Source of the DNA: a virus
Taxonomy: Duplodnaviria > Caudoviricetes
Virus record (IMG/VR): IMGVR_UViG_2799112265_000002
Span: 1 to 64,000 of that record
Strand: one strand, 5' to 3'
DNA length: 64,000 nt
Part shown: piece after piece, positions 30,331 to 40,290 of the stretch
Layout of the letters: the number at the start of each line of letters is the position of its first letter
How positions within the stretch are numbered: the stretch's first letter is position 1
Position numbers and translations under genes: made by a program
The notes under the pieces: model-generated
Databases searched by the model: none
Told to the model about the DNA's origin: nothing
Seen by the model: the letters and a program-made list of their open reading frames with translations, nothing else

Positions 30331-30750
30331 ATGCCTACCGAGATTGCATTTCCTTTTCGCCTCGCGTCCGACGGGACCATAGCCGTCGAGACGAATCCGG
30401 ACAGGCAGATCGCCCAGCATGTGAATGCGCTCGTCGGCACTCAGCCGGGGGAGCGGGTCATGCTCCCGGATTACGGGGTTCCCGTGGCTGATCTCCTGTT
30501 CGAGCCCAATGCGCGATTCGTCGCGCAGGAAATCACCCGTGCCGTGGAAACGGCTTTCGCAGCGTACGAGCCTGGCGTACTCCTCCAGCAGGTCACCCCG
30601 ATCCAGGACAGCACCCAGCAGTCCCTCGCACGCGTCGAGGTCGACTACATCCGCCGCGAGGACGGCACGAGCCCGTCCAGCCTCGCGAACCAGACCAACA
30701 CCGCCGTGGTCCACGTCGGCGGCACCGTGAGCGAGGTCATCAGTGGCTGA
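30331..30750 (+). CDS. Baseplate wedge gp25-like
   Basis: T.PGERVMLPDYG..LLFEP...YEP signature. Confidence 0.9.
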   Translation: MPTEIAFPFRLASDGTIAVETNPDRQIAQHVNALVGTQPGERVMLPDYGVPVADLLFEPNARFVAQEITRAVETAFAAYEPGVLLQQVTPIQDSTQQSLARVEVDYIRREDGTSPSSLANQTNTAVVHVGGTVSEVISG

Positions 30751-32215
30751 CACACCTGCCGTGGACTACACGTCCCGCGACTACGAAGGCTTCAAGACGT
30801 CCCTGCTCGACTTCGCCGGCCGCGCCTTCCCCCAGTGGGTGCCCTCCTCCGAGGGTGACTTCGGCGTGCTCCTGATCGAGCTGTTCTCCTACCTCGGCGA
30901 CAACCTCTCCTACTACGGCGACCGGCTCCAGCAGGAAGCGTTCCTGCCGACCGCGACGCAGCGCCTGAGCCTGCTCCAGATTGCCGACCTGCTCGGCTAC
31001 CAGCCGTCCAACGGTGTCCCCGCGACCGGCACCGTCACCTTCCAGACGTCCAACCCGGGCCCTGCCGTCCTCGTGCCTGCGGGCACCCAGGTCGTCACGG
31101 ACTACATCGACACCATCGACTCGCCGATCACGTACGAGACCGACACCGATGTCACCGTGCCCAAGAACGGTGGCACCGCGGTCGTGTCCGTCACCCAGGG
31201 TGTGACCCGCACCCAGGTCAACGTCGGTACCTCGAACGGTCTGCCCGTGCAGGAGTTCCGCCTGCCGGACGTGCCGGTCATCGGCGGGACGGTGAAGGTG
31301 TACGTGGACAACGTCGACAGCCTCACCGAGTGGACCTACATCGACTACCTGGTGGATGCAGAGCCGGCCGACCGAGTGTTCACCACCTACCTCGACGACG
31401 CCGGCTCGACCTGGATTCGCTTCGGAGACAACCTCAACGGAGCAATCCCGACCGTCAACTTGACCGTCTACGCCACTTACCGCGTGGGCGGCGGATCGGT
31501 CGGCAACGTGAACGCGGGCGTCGTCAACGCCATCGCGTCCTCCACCCTGCCTGGTGTCACCATCGCCACCAACTCCGATGGCACCCCGATCACCTCAGCC
31601 ATGAGCGGCGGGGCCGACCCGGAGACCAACGACCAGATCAGGGCCAACGCACCGCGGATCTTCCGTACCCAGGACCGGTGTGTCACCCTCGCTGACTTCT
31701 CCGACCTCGCCCTGACCCTGCCCGGCATCGTCCGCGCGAACGCCGTGGCGTCGACCTACACGAGCATCAGCGTGTTCGTCATCGGCTCCGACGGAGGCAC
31801 CCCGAGCGCGACCACCCTCCAGAGCGTGCAGGACACCCTCCAGGCCAAGGCACTGGCGGGCACCACGGTCACCGTGTCCGGCCCGACCACGGTCGGCGTG
31901 AACGTCGGCAACGTCTCCAACCCGATCGTCGTCGAGTGCTGGCCGCGGTACTCCCGGGCGAGCGTCCTTTACGACGTGCAGCAGGCGCTGAAGACGATGC
32001 TCAGTTTCGCCAACGTCGACTTCGGCATGCGGCTGACCCTCTCGGACTTCTACAAGACCATCCTGGCCGTGGACGGTGTCCGCTACGTCGACATCCCCAT
32101 GGTCGCCCGCGCGGATGCGGCCCAGACCGGTACCGCCGACATCGTCATGCGGGCCTGGGAGATCCCCAAGGTCGGCAACATCTCGTCCATCACGATGACC
32201 GGAGGTATCGGCTAA
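30743..32215 (+). CDS. Baseplate J/gp6-like wedge protein
   Basis: DYTSRDY, GGADPET..IR.NAP, R.VT..DF. Confidence 0.9.
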   Translation: MADTPAVDYTSRDYEGFKTSLLDFAGRAFPQWVPSSEGDFGVLLIELFSYLGDNLSYYGDRLQQEAFLPTATQRLSLLQIADLLGYQPSNGVPATGTVTFQTSNPGPAVLVPAGTQVVTDYIDTIDSPITYETDTDVTVPKNGGTAVVSVTQGVTRTQVNVGTSNGLPVQEFRLPDVPVIGGTVKVYVDNVDSLTEWTYIDYLVDAEPADRVFTTYLDDAGSTWIRFGDNLNGAIPTVNLTVYATYRVGGGSVGNVNAGVVNAIASSTLPGVTIATNSDGTPITSAMSGGADPETNDQIRANAPRIFRTQDRCVTLADFSDLALTLPGIVRANAVASTYTSISVFVIGSDGGTPSATTLQSVQDTLQAKALAGTTVTVSGPTTVGVNVGNVSNPIVVECWPRYSRASVLYDVQQALKTMLSFANVDFGMRLTLSDFYKTILAVDGVRYVDIPMVARADAAQTGTADIVMRAWEIPKVGNISSITMTGGIG

Positions 32216-32865
32216 TGGCCGCCGTCTACCCGAAGCAGTACAAGTCCTTCCCCGTCCACAAGAACAACACCGAGGACATCGACGCCAGCCACGTGAACAA
32301 CCTCCAGGACGAGGTGCTGGCCATTCAGCAGACCCTGGGACTCCTCCCGCACCAGGACCAGGGCCTCAAGGGCAAGATGAAGCAGTACACCTGGAACTCC
32401 GTCGCCGACCGGCTCGACGCCATCCAACGGGGCCAGGGCACCCCTGCCGTCTTCCTCCAGAAGTCAGCCGACTCCGTCCCCCGCCCGGCCACCGGCACCA
32501 AGAGCAAGACCCTCTCCTTCCCGCGGCCGTCGTACGACCCCGAGGGCTTGTGGAACGGCTCCACCATCACCGCCAACCGCACCGGCTGGTGGATCATCAC
32601 CGCCCGCGCCAAGTGGCTGAACTGGACCCCGTACACCAAGTCCCCGTACACCGACCGCGAGATCGACATCTGGGTGGGCGGCCAGCAGGTCGCTACGAAC
32701 GACAACCTTCCCAGCCCCGACGGCAACACCCACCAGATGGTCACCTACCAGAACTGGGTCACCGCGGGCCAGAAGATCGAGATGCACCTGTACCACGACG
32801 TGGTCGGCAAGACCCTCGCCGTGGGCGACCTGCACCTGGCGGCGTGCATGATCCGGGAGCACTAA
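32215..32865 (+). CDS. Baseplate/fibre-associated protein
   Basis: ASHVNNLQDEV.AIQ.TLG fibre-attachment-like motif; TAATG coupling. Confidence 0.65.
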   Translation: MAAVYPKQYKSFPVHKNNTEDIDASHVNNLQDEVLAIQQTLGLLPHQDQGLKGKMKQYTWNSVADRLDAIQRGQGTPAVFLQKSADSVPRPATGTKSKTLSFPRPSYDPEGLWNGSTITANRTGWWIITARAKWLNWTPYTKSPYTDREIDIWVGGQQVATNDNLPSPDGNTHQMVTYQNWVTAGQKIEMHLYHDVVGKTLAVGDLHLAACMIREH

Positions 32866-34848
32866 GTGGGAACCTACGGACAGTCCATATACGGGCTGTC
32901 GCAGTACGGGACGGACATCCATCCCGACTTCGACGTCAGCCCGTTCACAGCCACGCCCGTGGACTACAGCACCGTCTCGCTGGACTGGAAGGCCCCAGCC
33001 GGTTCCTGGGACTCCCTGCGCCTGATCCGCAACCGCTACGGGTGGGCCGTCAACGAGAACGACGGCGAGGTCCTGCTCGATCAGTCGCACCAGGCAACCT
33101 CGTTCGTCGACACCAGCGTGGTCGGCGGGCACTGGCTGTACTACACGATCTTCATCTCCGCCTCCGGCCAGTGGTCCCGCGCGGGCACCGTCTCCTGCCT
33201 GATGCCGAAGAACAACGGCTACACCGACCTGCTGTACAGCTTGATCCCCGAGCACTACAAGGTCGACGTCAAGCAGGGCAACAACCTCACCGACGACTCC
33301 AACACGCTAAACCCCTACCTCAAGCCGTTCCTGAGCATCTTCGGGTTCGGCTTCGACATCGTGCAGTCGTACTACGACAGCAACCGCTACACCAACGACG
33401 CGATGCGGACCCGCTTCGACAACATCGCCCAGTTGGCCACGCAGTTCGGCATCCAGTACGAAGCCTCGGCGCCGGCCTACCTCTTCAGGCAGCGAGTGCG
33501 GGACGCAGCCACCCTCGGCCGGCAGAAGGGGACCCTGGAGCAGATCCGCTCGGTCATCTCCGAAACCACTGGATACGACGCAGACCTCCGGGCCGGCGTC
33601 AACCTCATGCTCTCCGACGACCAAGCCGACTTCGACCACCCCACCTTCCCGCAGTGGGACTCCGGCGTGAACTACGCCTCGGGGGAGAAGGTGGAGTTCG
33701 GCGCCTACCTGTACCAGGCTGGCAGTAACGGCGCCTACGGCCAGTCCCAGGCACCCACCGGCACCAACACCTCCAACGCCTACTGGACGGTCGTCTCCTA
33801 CGGCACCGACAGCACCCTCGTGGACGCCAACGGGCACGTGGCCGGGTGGGAGGAGATCTCCTTCACCGCGGGCGTCACCCCAGGCACCAACGGTGTCCTC
33901 GTCGGCATCGGTGTGCAGAACCCGACCAACCCCGACGACAAGGCGGGCAACGCCTTGTGGGTCCGCAACACGAACAGCGGCGGCTCGGTCGCCACGATAG
34001 GTGTGCGCTCCGTCGGCCGGGTCTCGGGGCAGTCCTCCATGGATCCGCAGCAGCCAGTCCTTTCCGGCATCCCCGTCCCGTACACCTGGAAGGCCTGGGA
34101 CCCGGACATCGACTACCAGCCTGGCGACATGGTCCTCTACCACGGCCGCGTCTACCAGGCCCTGACCGCCTCGGTTAACGTCTCCCCGCCGGCCACCCCG
34201 ACCGCGAACACCCAGTGGACCCCGCTCGGCTACGACGACCGCGTGCAGATGTGCCTGTCCGGATACGCGCAGGCGTACTCCGGCGAGCAGGTGAATGTGT
34301 ACCCGTTCGTCGAGTACTACGACTCCCACGGCTCCCTGATCACCGCGCTCTACTCGGACTCCGTCCCCGCCTACCAGGTCCTCGACTCCTTCTCCCAGGG
34401 CTGGAACGACTGGACCACCCGCACCACCGACCTGGGCTCCGCGACCTGGACCGAGACCCTGGGCCAGTGGACCTCCGGCGGCTACTCGGGAGGATCGGCC
34501 TACCCGGTGGGCACCACGGCGTCCATTGCCACCATCGCCGGCCACGCGGACGGCACGGTGTCGGCAACGTTCCTGACCAACCCCGGCAACACCCTCAAGC
34601 AGGGCGTCGTCTTCCGCCTCCAGGACGCCAGCAACTACTGGCGGGCCGGGCGGACGGGCCTGTACCTCGTCCAGTCCGGCTCTGTGGCCAACACCTACAC
34701 CTACTCGACCTCCTTCTCGGACGGTGACCGGATCACGGCCGCCTTCTCCGGCAGCAACATCACGATCTATCGGAACGGAACCCAGGTGCTCACCATCACC
34801 AACTCGGCGCTCAGCACCGCCACGCGTGTCGGAATGGCGGTGACGTGA
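32866..34848 (+). CDS. Baseplate wedge (gpI-like) with CBM5/12-like modules
   Basis: KGT..I motif; two W...Y..G..V.Y.G..YQA chitin-binding-like repeats. Confidence 0.7.
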   Translation: MGTYGQSIYGLSQYGTDIHPDFDVSPFTATPVDYSTVSLDWKAPAGSWDSLRLIRNRYGWAVNENDGEVLLDQSHQATSFVDTSVVGGHWLYYTIFISASGQWSRAGTVSCLMPKNNGYTDLLYSLIPEHYKVDVKQGNNLTDDSNTLNPYLKPFLSIFGFGFDIVQSYYDSNRYTNDAMRTRFDNIAQLATQFGIQYEASAPAYLFRQRVRDAATLGRQKGTLEQIRSVISETTGYDADLRAGVNLMLSDDQADFDHPTFPQWDSGVNYASGEKVEFGAYLYQAGSNGAYGQSQAPTGTNTSNAYWTVVSYGTDSTLVDANGHVAGWEEISFTAGVTPGTNGVLVGIGVQNPTNPDDKAGNALWVRNTNSGGSVATIGVRSVGRVSGQSSMDPQQPVLSGIPVPYTWKAWDPDIDYQPGDMVLYHGRVYQALTASVNVSPPATPTANTQWTPLGYDDRVQMCLSGYAQAYSGEQVNVYPFVEYYDSHGSLITALYSDSVPAYQVLDSFSQGWNDWTTRTTDLGSATWTETLGQWTSGGYSGGSAYPVGTTASIATIAGHADGTVSATFLTNPGNTLKQGVVFRLQDASNYWRAGRTGLYLVQSGSVANTYTYSTSFSDGDRITAAFSGSNITIYRNGTQVLTITNSALSTATRVGMAVT

Positions 34849-36074
34849 TGACCACGTACGACATCACCTTCAGCGCCGACGACGACTGGACTCCGGGGAT
34901 CCCCGTCTCCGGCGCCATCGTCGTGCGCAGCTACCGGGTGTCCTCACCCGAGCTGGACGGCACGCTGGCGATCGGCGGATCCATCGGTATCAAGATCCCC
35001 CGGCCGCAGCCGCTGGCACCCGAGGCCGGGCAGTTCACCGTCGGCGGTCACCTCGCGGTCGCAATCAAGGTGCCGGCCGCGGCGTTCAAGGACTTCTCCC
35101 ACTACCCGTACCAGGGTGTGGACCCGGCCATGGCGTGGTTCGGTATCAACTCCGGTTCGCTGAAGTCGGCCGTCGCGGGCTCCTACAGCCGCCCCTACGC
35201 CGCGTTCACCGGCCCGGTGGACTATCCCGTCTCCGGCAGCGGCTACGCCTGGAAGCGGGCCGCGTACGCCTCCGTGGGGTTCAAGTTCGCGTCCATGTCG
35301 GCGAACAAACACCAGATCCTCGACGCGGTGCAGTTCGAGCCGCTGCCGCTGGGATCTACCGGCCCGAGCAACTACCAGAACGCCCGTGAGATCCAGGTCA
35401 TCATCAAGCCGACCCGGTTGAATTACGCGACCAACCCCAACATGGAATCCGGCATCAGCGGCTACGGCTCGACCGGCCAGGCCACGCTCGCAGCGGACGC
35501 CTACCACTGGCAAGGCACCCAGTCCCTGAAGGTCACCGTGCCGTCCACGGCGACCGCGGACAGCGGTATCTCCGTCCAGGCGACCGGCCTGATCCCGGGA
35601 CGTACCTACACCATGAGCGCCAAGGTGGCCATCGCTCAGGGCTGCGGAGACATCGCCCCGTGGTCCGGCACCGGCTCGACGCAGTTGGGCGCAGCGAAGT
35701 GGACGCAGGCCGCCAGCCGCGTGGATCCCAAGAACAAGCGCTGGCGGACCCTGTATGTCACCTTCACCGCCTCCTCCTCGTCGCTGAATGTGGGCATGAA
35801 CGTCCTCAAGAGCACCATGGCCGCGGGCCTGTCGAGCATCTTCTGGGTCGACGGGGTTTTGATCGAGGAAGGCGCCTCCGTCCGTGACTACTTCGACGGC
35901 TCCATGGGCGAGGACTACCTGTGGGAGCAGGGCGGATCCCCGAACCTCGCGCGCTCGTACTACTACGAGAACTACATCGAGCGCAGTTACCTGATCCAAA
36001 CGCTGCTCGAAGAGAATGTTCCTTTGGGAATCACGGCGAATGCCCCTCAGTACGCCGTTCTGCCGACCCAGTAA
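34845..36074 (+). CDS. Tail/baseplate protein with CBM-like domain
   Basis: NYATNPNME...YFDGS motif. Confidence 0.65.
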   Translation: MMTTYDITFSADDDWTPGIPVSGAIVVRSYRVSSPELDGTLAIGGSIGIKIPRPQPLAPEAGQFTVGGHLAVAIKVPAAAFKDFSHYPYQGVDPAMAWFGINSGSLKSAVAGSYSRPYAAFTGPVDYPVSGSGYAWKRAAYASVGFKFASMSANKHQILDAVQFEPLPLGSTGPSNYQNAREIQVIIKPTRLNYATNPNMESGISGYGSTGQATLAADAYHWQGTQSLKVTVPSTATADSGISVQATGLIPGRTYTMSAKVAIAQGCGDIAPWSGTGSTQLGAAKWTQAASRVDPKNKRWRTLYVTFTASSSSLNVGMNVLKSTMAAGLSSIFWVDGVLIEEGASVRDYFDGSMGEDYLWEQGGSPNLARSYYYENYIERSYLIQTLLEENVPLGITANAPQYAVLPTQ

Positions 36075-36095
36075 CCACGACCGTTAAGGATCCCC

Positions 36096-36707
36096 ATGTT
36101 CACCAACTACGCCGACGCAGCCGCGCTCGTCGTCGGCCTGGTGCTGCCCGCCATCGTCGCAGTGGTCACCAAGCCGTCCACCAATTCCACCGTCAAGGGT
36201 GCCGCGCACGCCGTCCTGGCCGTCGCTACCGGCACCGCGGCCGTCTACAAGGAGCACCCCTCCGGCTTCGTGTGGGCGCCCGCTGTGGTCGCCGCGTTCC
36301 TGGCCTGGCTGTCCGGTACGGCCTTCTACCACTCCCTGCTGAAGAAGTACGCGTGGTTCGGCGCGCTCCAGAACCTGTTCGTGGCCGAGGCCAAGATCGT
36401 CCTTAATACCGAGAGCCACCAGGTGGAGCAGTACTTCCAGGTGGCGCAGGTGGCCGAGCAGTCCGAGGACGAGCAGGGCATCACCAACGACTTCCCCTTG
36501 AGCACCGACGTCGTCTCCTCCGGCGTGCAGGAGGTCGTCGAGGCGGCCGAGAAGATCCCGGTCGTCGGCACGGTCGTCCAGTCCCTGGAGCCTGTCGTCG
36601 TTCCGGCCGTCGTCTCCGTTGCGCAGACCGCGGTGGACCCGGCCGGCACCAACAACATCCCCGTCGTGCAGCCGCAGACCAGCGGCCTGGGCCCGAGGGC
36701 GATCTGA
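36096..36707 (+). CDS. Holin-like membrane protein
   Basis: Three N-terminal hydrophobic segments and an acidic tail, at the end of the tail operon. Confidence 0.6.
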   Translation: MFTNYADAAALVVGLVLPAIVAVVTKPSTNSTVKGAAHAVLAVATGTAAVYKEHPSGFVWAPAVVAAFLAWLSGTAFYHSLLKKYAWFGALQNLFVAEAKIVLNTESHQVEQYFQVAQVAEQSEDEQGITNDFPLSTDVVSSGVQEVVEAAEKIPVVGTVVQSLEPVVVPAVVSVAQTAVDPAGTNNIPVVQPQTSGLGPRAI

Positions 36708-36709
36708 TC

Positions 36710-36997
36710 ATGGACTGGTTCCGGCTGCTGCTGATCGCGCTCGCCACCTTCACCGCGTGGGAGTGGCTGCGCGAGCTGCTGCCCTTCGCGATCCCGGCCG
36801 CCCTCCAGCCGCTCGTCGTGGTCGGCCTGGCCTACGAGGCCCAGCGGGTGCCCGGCCCATGGCTGGCGGCCACAGCAGCGGCCGGAGTGGTCGCGCTGCT
36901 GCACGTCCAGGTCCGCGGGGGAGGGGTGGATACGACCCCGATCCGCTTCCCTCGCCGGCACCCCTCTACCGGCCGCAGGGTCCCTGACCTGCCCTAA
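36710..36997 (+). CDS. Small membrane protein
   Basis: Hydrophobic segments. Confidence 0.6.
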   Translation: MDWFRLLLIALATFTAWEWLRELLPFAIPAALQPLVVVGLAYEAQRVPGPWLAATAAAGVVALLHVQVRGGGVDTTPIRFPRRHPSTGRRVPDLP

Positions 36998-37013
36998 CGT
37001 GTAAACCACTTTG

Positions 37014-37041
37014 AAGACCCCGCTTTACAAGCGGGGTTTTC
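37014..37041. terminator. Stem-loop ending the structural operon (overlaps an operator-like motif)
   Basis: GAAGACCCCGCT-TTACA-AGCGGGGTTTTC. Confidence 0.75.
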
Positions 37042-37121
37042 TTGCATTTAGAAGACGTAACCGCTAACGTCTTCTTCGTCGCCGATCACGGCGGCCACCA
37101 CACCAACACCGGGAGCAGAAC

Positions 37122-38333
37122 TTGAGTAAGCAGCCCATCACCCTGGCCTTCGCTGGCGCCGCTGACGTCGACCCCGAGAACATCAAGGACCTGCTCAACG
37201 ACTGGCTCGGCTTCGGCGACGAGGACGAGGCAGGCTTCTTCAAGCCCAGCGACCGCGAGATCCACCTCATCTTCCCGATCACCCGGGACCACCTGTCGGA
37301 CGGCCTGGAGACGGTCCTCGCCTGGACCGAGAAGGCCGACCTGCCCTACATCGCCGTCGCTGACAACAAGCGCAGTCGCGCCACCGAGTCCTTCCTGACG
37401 GACGCCGAGGAGGTCGTCCACCACTCCAACGTCACCGCTGGAGTCGTCGACCTGCTGAAGGAGGCCGACAGTGCGGGCGACGAGGTGCACCTGATCCTGC
37501 TGTGGGGTGACGAGGGCAGCGTCGAGGCCGAACTCCTCCTGGACGCGGCCGAGCAGGCGGGCATCAAGGCCAAGGACCTGACCGCCGGCCTCGACGACAT
37601 CTCCTTCGGTGAGCAGCCGCAGGCCGAGCCGGAGCCCGAGCCGGAGCCCGAGCCGGAGCAGCCCAAGCGTGGCCGGCGCCGCGGCCGTCGCTCCGAGCCC
37701 GAGGAGGTCCAGCCGGAGGAGGAGCCGCTGACGGAGGACGAGCCGGCGGAGCCCGAGGAGGAGCCCAAGCCGCGCCGTCGCGGTCGCAAGGCCGACCCGG
37801 AGCCGGAGCCCGAGGTGAACCCGGTCGAGGAGGACATCCAGGAGCAGCAGGAGACCCTGGAGCAGCAGGTCAACCAGGCTGCCCAGAAGGTCCAGCGCGA
37901 GGCGCAGCCGGTCGCCGACAAGGACCTCGACCTCCTGCTGATCGGCGCCGCTTTGGAGGGTGCCTACAACGCCTTCCGGCTGGAGGACGAGCGCAACGCA
38001 GTCATCAACCAGGCCGCGGTCCGCTACCGGCCGCTGACGGAACTGCTCCAGAAGGCGCTTAATACCGTGGCCGACGCGGCCCACAACCAGGAGGCCGCCA
38101 AGCAGGAGCGTGCGGCCGTCCAGGAGGACAAGCAGGAGGACGAGGAGTCGGAGCAGCCGGCGCGTCGGCGCCGTGGCCGTCCGCGCGACGAGTCCAAGAC
38201 CTTCGCCTTCCTGGTCGACGAGGACGGCAACTACACCCGACGCGGTCGCGGTCGCATACCGGCCGGACAGAAGGTCGTCCACCTGACCCGGGCAGAGATC
38301 GAGGAGAAGGGCCTCGAACTCGACGGGGAGTAA
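37122..38333 (+). CDS. Acidic protein with AT-hook/Lsr2-like basic motifs
   Basis: EP repeats, RRRGRR, RRRGRK, RRRRGRPR and C-terminal RGRGRIP. Confidence 0.7.
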   Translation: MSKQPITLAFAGAADVDPENIKDLLNDWLGFGDEDEAGFFKPSDREIHLIFPITRDHLSDGLETVLAWTEKADLPYIAVADNKRSRATESFLTDAEEVVHHSNVTAGVVDLLKEADSAGDEVHLILLWGDEGSVEAELLLDAAEQAGIKAKDLTAGLDDISFGEQPQAEPEPEPEPEPEQPKRGRRRGRRSEPEEVQPEEEPLTEDEPAEPEEEPKPRRRGRKADPEPEPEVNPVEEDIQEQQETLEQQVNQAAQKVQREAQPVADKDLDLLLIGAALEGAYNAFRLEDERNAVINQAAVRYRPLTELLQKALNTVADAAHNQEAAKQERAAVQEDKQEDEESEQPARRRRGRPRDESKTFAFLVDEDGNYTRRGRGRIPAGQKVVHLTRAEIEEKGLELDGE

Positions 38334-38344
38334 GTGAGCAACGC

Positions 38345-38399
38345 AAAAGCCCCCGGCGCTGAAGAGGTTCGAGACCTCAATTCACTGCCGGGGGCTTTT
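38345..38399. terminator. Bidirectional intrinsic terminator
   Basis: AAAAGCCCCGGC ... GCCGGGGCTTTT. Confidence 0.75.
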
Positions 38400-38495
38400 G
38401 CCCACCACACCCCGAGGCCCACCACAAACCCCGAGATGGGAAGAACCTAACATGCCCAGCCGACTTAATATCAACGGCGGATTCGGAGCCGCCGA

Positions 38496-39500
38496 GTGAG
38501 CATCCTGATCATGTCCGAGGTGTTCACGCACTCGAACACCCGCCTCGCCACGCGGCTCGTTCTGCTCGCGCTGGCGGACGCGGCCAACGACACCCACCGG
38601 ATGTGCTGGGAGTCCGCCGACACCATCGCGGGCAAGGCCCGTGTGTCCAAGCGGCAGGCGTACGTGTCCCTGGCCGCGCTGGAGAAGGACGGCATCGTCG
38701 AGCACGTACCGGAGGACCAGATCCCACTGGAAGCGCTGCGGTACAAGTCCGTGGTCCGGCGCATCAAGCCGGTATCGGAATGGCCCGAGAGTGCAGATTC
38801 TGCACCCCCTGAAAGTGCAGATTCTGCACCCCCTGTGTCGAAGTTTTCACCCAACCCCAATAACCAACTAGAAGTTAGAGATATAGAAGAAACTTCGTTT
38901 CTTCCACCGCGCCGTTCGGCACGGTCTGATCCCGGCGAAGCCGAGGAGATACCTGCCAGGCCGGGCGGCAAGGGATGGGACGCGGTCCGCGCTCCGCGCC
39001 AGGGCGGCCGGAAGAAGACCAAGAAGCAGGCGGCCATCGAGGCGGCTCAGGCGGAACTGGAACTCGACCCGGCGTACGTCGTGGCCCAGGCCCTCGGCGA
39101 AGAAGATGCAGGAAGCGTCCAGGACGGCCGTCTCCCGGCCTCGGACGACGACCTGGCCCCTCCGGTCCGGCGACCTCGTGAGAAGCGCTCCCTGCGGCCT
39201 TCTGAGGTTCTGGCCTCGTTCTTCGAGAAGCGGGCCTTGGAGGTGGGTCACCCGGTTCCCGGCGCGGTCAACCTCGGAGCCCTCGCCGGGAACTTCGGCC
39301 GGTGGATGAAGGAGGGTGTCCGGTACGAGGAGATCACCAAGATGATCATCACCTATTGGTCCGTCTCCTGGAACCGGTCGGAGAACGTGCCGGCCTGGAA
39401 GGACTTCCTCGCCGCCCGCGGTCTGCTGACCGAGCGGCTGGGCAAGGCCGAGAACGCGATGGAGAAGCACCGGCACGACGAGGACTACTGGTCCATGTGA
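38496..39500 (+). CDS. Replication initiator (N-terminal HTH)
   Basis: RLVLLALAD.A....CW.S..TIA HTH typical of actinophage initiators; internal iterons; followed by a DnaC-like gene. Confidence 0.8.
   Translation: MSILIMSEVFTHSNTRLATRLVLLALADAANDTHRMCWESADTIAGKARVSKRQAYVSLAALEKDGIVEHVPEDQIPLEALRYKSVVRRIKPVSEWPESADSAPPESADSAPPVSKFSPNPNNQLEVRDIEETSFLPPRRSARSDPGEAEEIPARPGGKGWDAVRAPRQGGRKKTKKQAAIEAAQAELELDPAYVVAQALGEEDAGSVQDGRLPASDDDLAPPVRRPREKRSLRPSEVLASFFEKRALEVGHPVPGAVNLGALAGNFGRWMKEGVRYEEITKMIITYWSVSWNRSENVPAWKDFLAARGLLTERLGKAENAMEKHRHDEDYWSM
38790..38905. repeat. Putative replication origin: two 22-bp iterons plus AT-rich tract
   Basis: AGTGCAGATTCTGCACCCCCTG at 38790 and 38814, followed by an A/T-rich segment to about 38905. 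Confidence 0.7.
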
Positions 39501-39506
39501 CCGACC

Positions 39507-39541
39507 CGAAGGGGCGGGCTGCTACGGCGGTCCGCCCCTTC
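39507..39541 (+). terminator. Stem-loop after the initiator
   Basis: GAAGGGGCGGGCTGC / GCGGTCCGCCCCTTC. Confidence 0.65.
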
Positions 39542-39633
39542 CCTGTTTGTAAAACGTTCAGCAAACACGTAATCGGTAAGGCGTAACTGTGGTAGCCTCC
39601 TGAGCGTTGAACCACCACCACAAGGAGGCCACC

Positions 39634-40290
39634 TTGGCGACAGACCCCCGGGTCCACGCCCTGCGGATGTCCGAGTACGGGATCCCGAAGCGGCTCCGCG
39701 GCCTGCGGCTTAATACCAGCGACGCACCCTGGAAGAGCGAGTGCCAGGAGTGGGTCGACAACCTGCGCGATCATTACGTCACCGACAAGCGGCCCCTGGA
39801 CCAGTACCCCGAGGACTGGAGCCAGATCGGCAAGGGCCTGCTGTTCCTGGGCCCTCCCGGCACCGGCAAGACCTCCCTGGCCACCGCCACGCTCCTGGAG
39901 TGCTACTTCGAGCAGCGCGTCCCGGTGTACTTCCTGGCCTACGCCGACTACGTCTCCATGTCGATCGAGCAGATGAGCCTGTCCGACCGCAAGGAGCCCG
40001 AGGCCATCGCCCGGTGGTGGCAGATCGAGGACGCCCTGAACTCCGCCCGCACGGCGCCCGTGCTGCTGCTCGACGACGTCGGCAAGGAGCACCGCACCAA
40101 GTCCGGCTACGCAGAGAACGAGCTGGACGTGCTGCTGCGCCTGCGGCACCGCGAGGGGCGCCCCACGCTCATCACCTCCAACGTCCCGCCGAAGGACTGG
40201 GGCGTGATCTACCACGAGTCCATGGGCTCCTTCATCCAGGAGTCCTTCCACATGATCAAGATGGTTGGGAGCGACCGCCGTGCAGCGTGA
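39634..40290 (+). CDS. DnaC/IstB-like AAA+ helicase loader
   Basis: GPPGTGKT, LLLDDVGKE, TLITSN; AAGGAGG RBS before TTG. Confidence 0.88.
   Translation: MATDPRVHALRMSEYGIPKRLRGLRLNTSDAPWKSECQEWVDNLRDHYVTDKRPLDQYPEDWSQIGKGLLFLGPPGTGKTSLATATLLECYFEQRVPVYFLAYADYVSMSIEQMSLSDRKEPEAIARWWQIEDALNSARTAPVLLLDDVGKEHRTKSGYAENELDVLLRLRHREGRPTLITSNVPPKDWGVIYHESMGSFIQESFHMIKMVGSDRRAA

Noticed and set aside
16568-36074. Extracellular contractile injection system or tailocin
   Set aside because: Capsid, portal, terminase and replication genes show a complete phage
37620-37815. GAGCC(G/C) tandem repeats
   Set aside because: Encode an EP low-complexity linker
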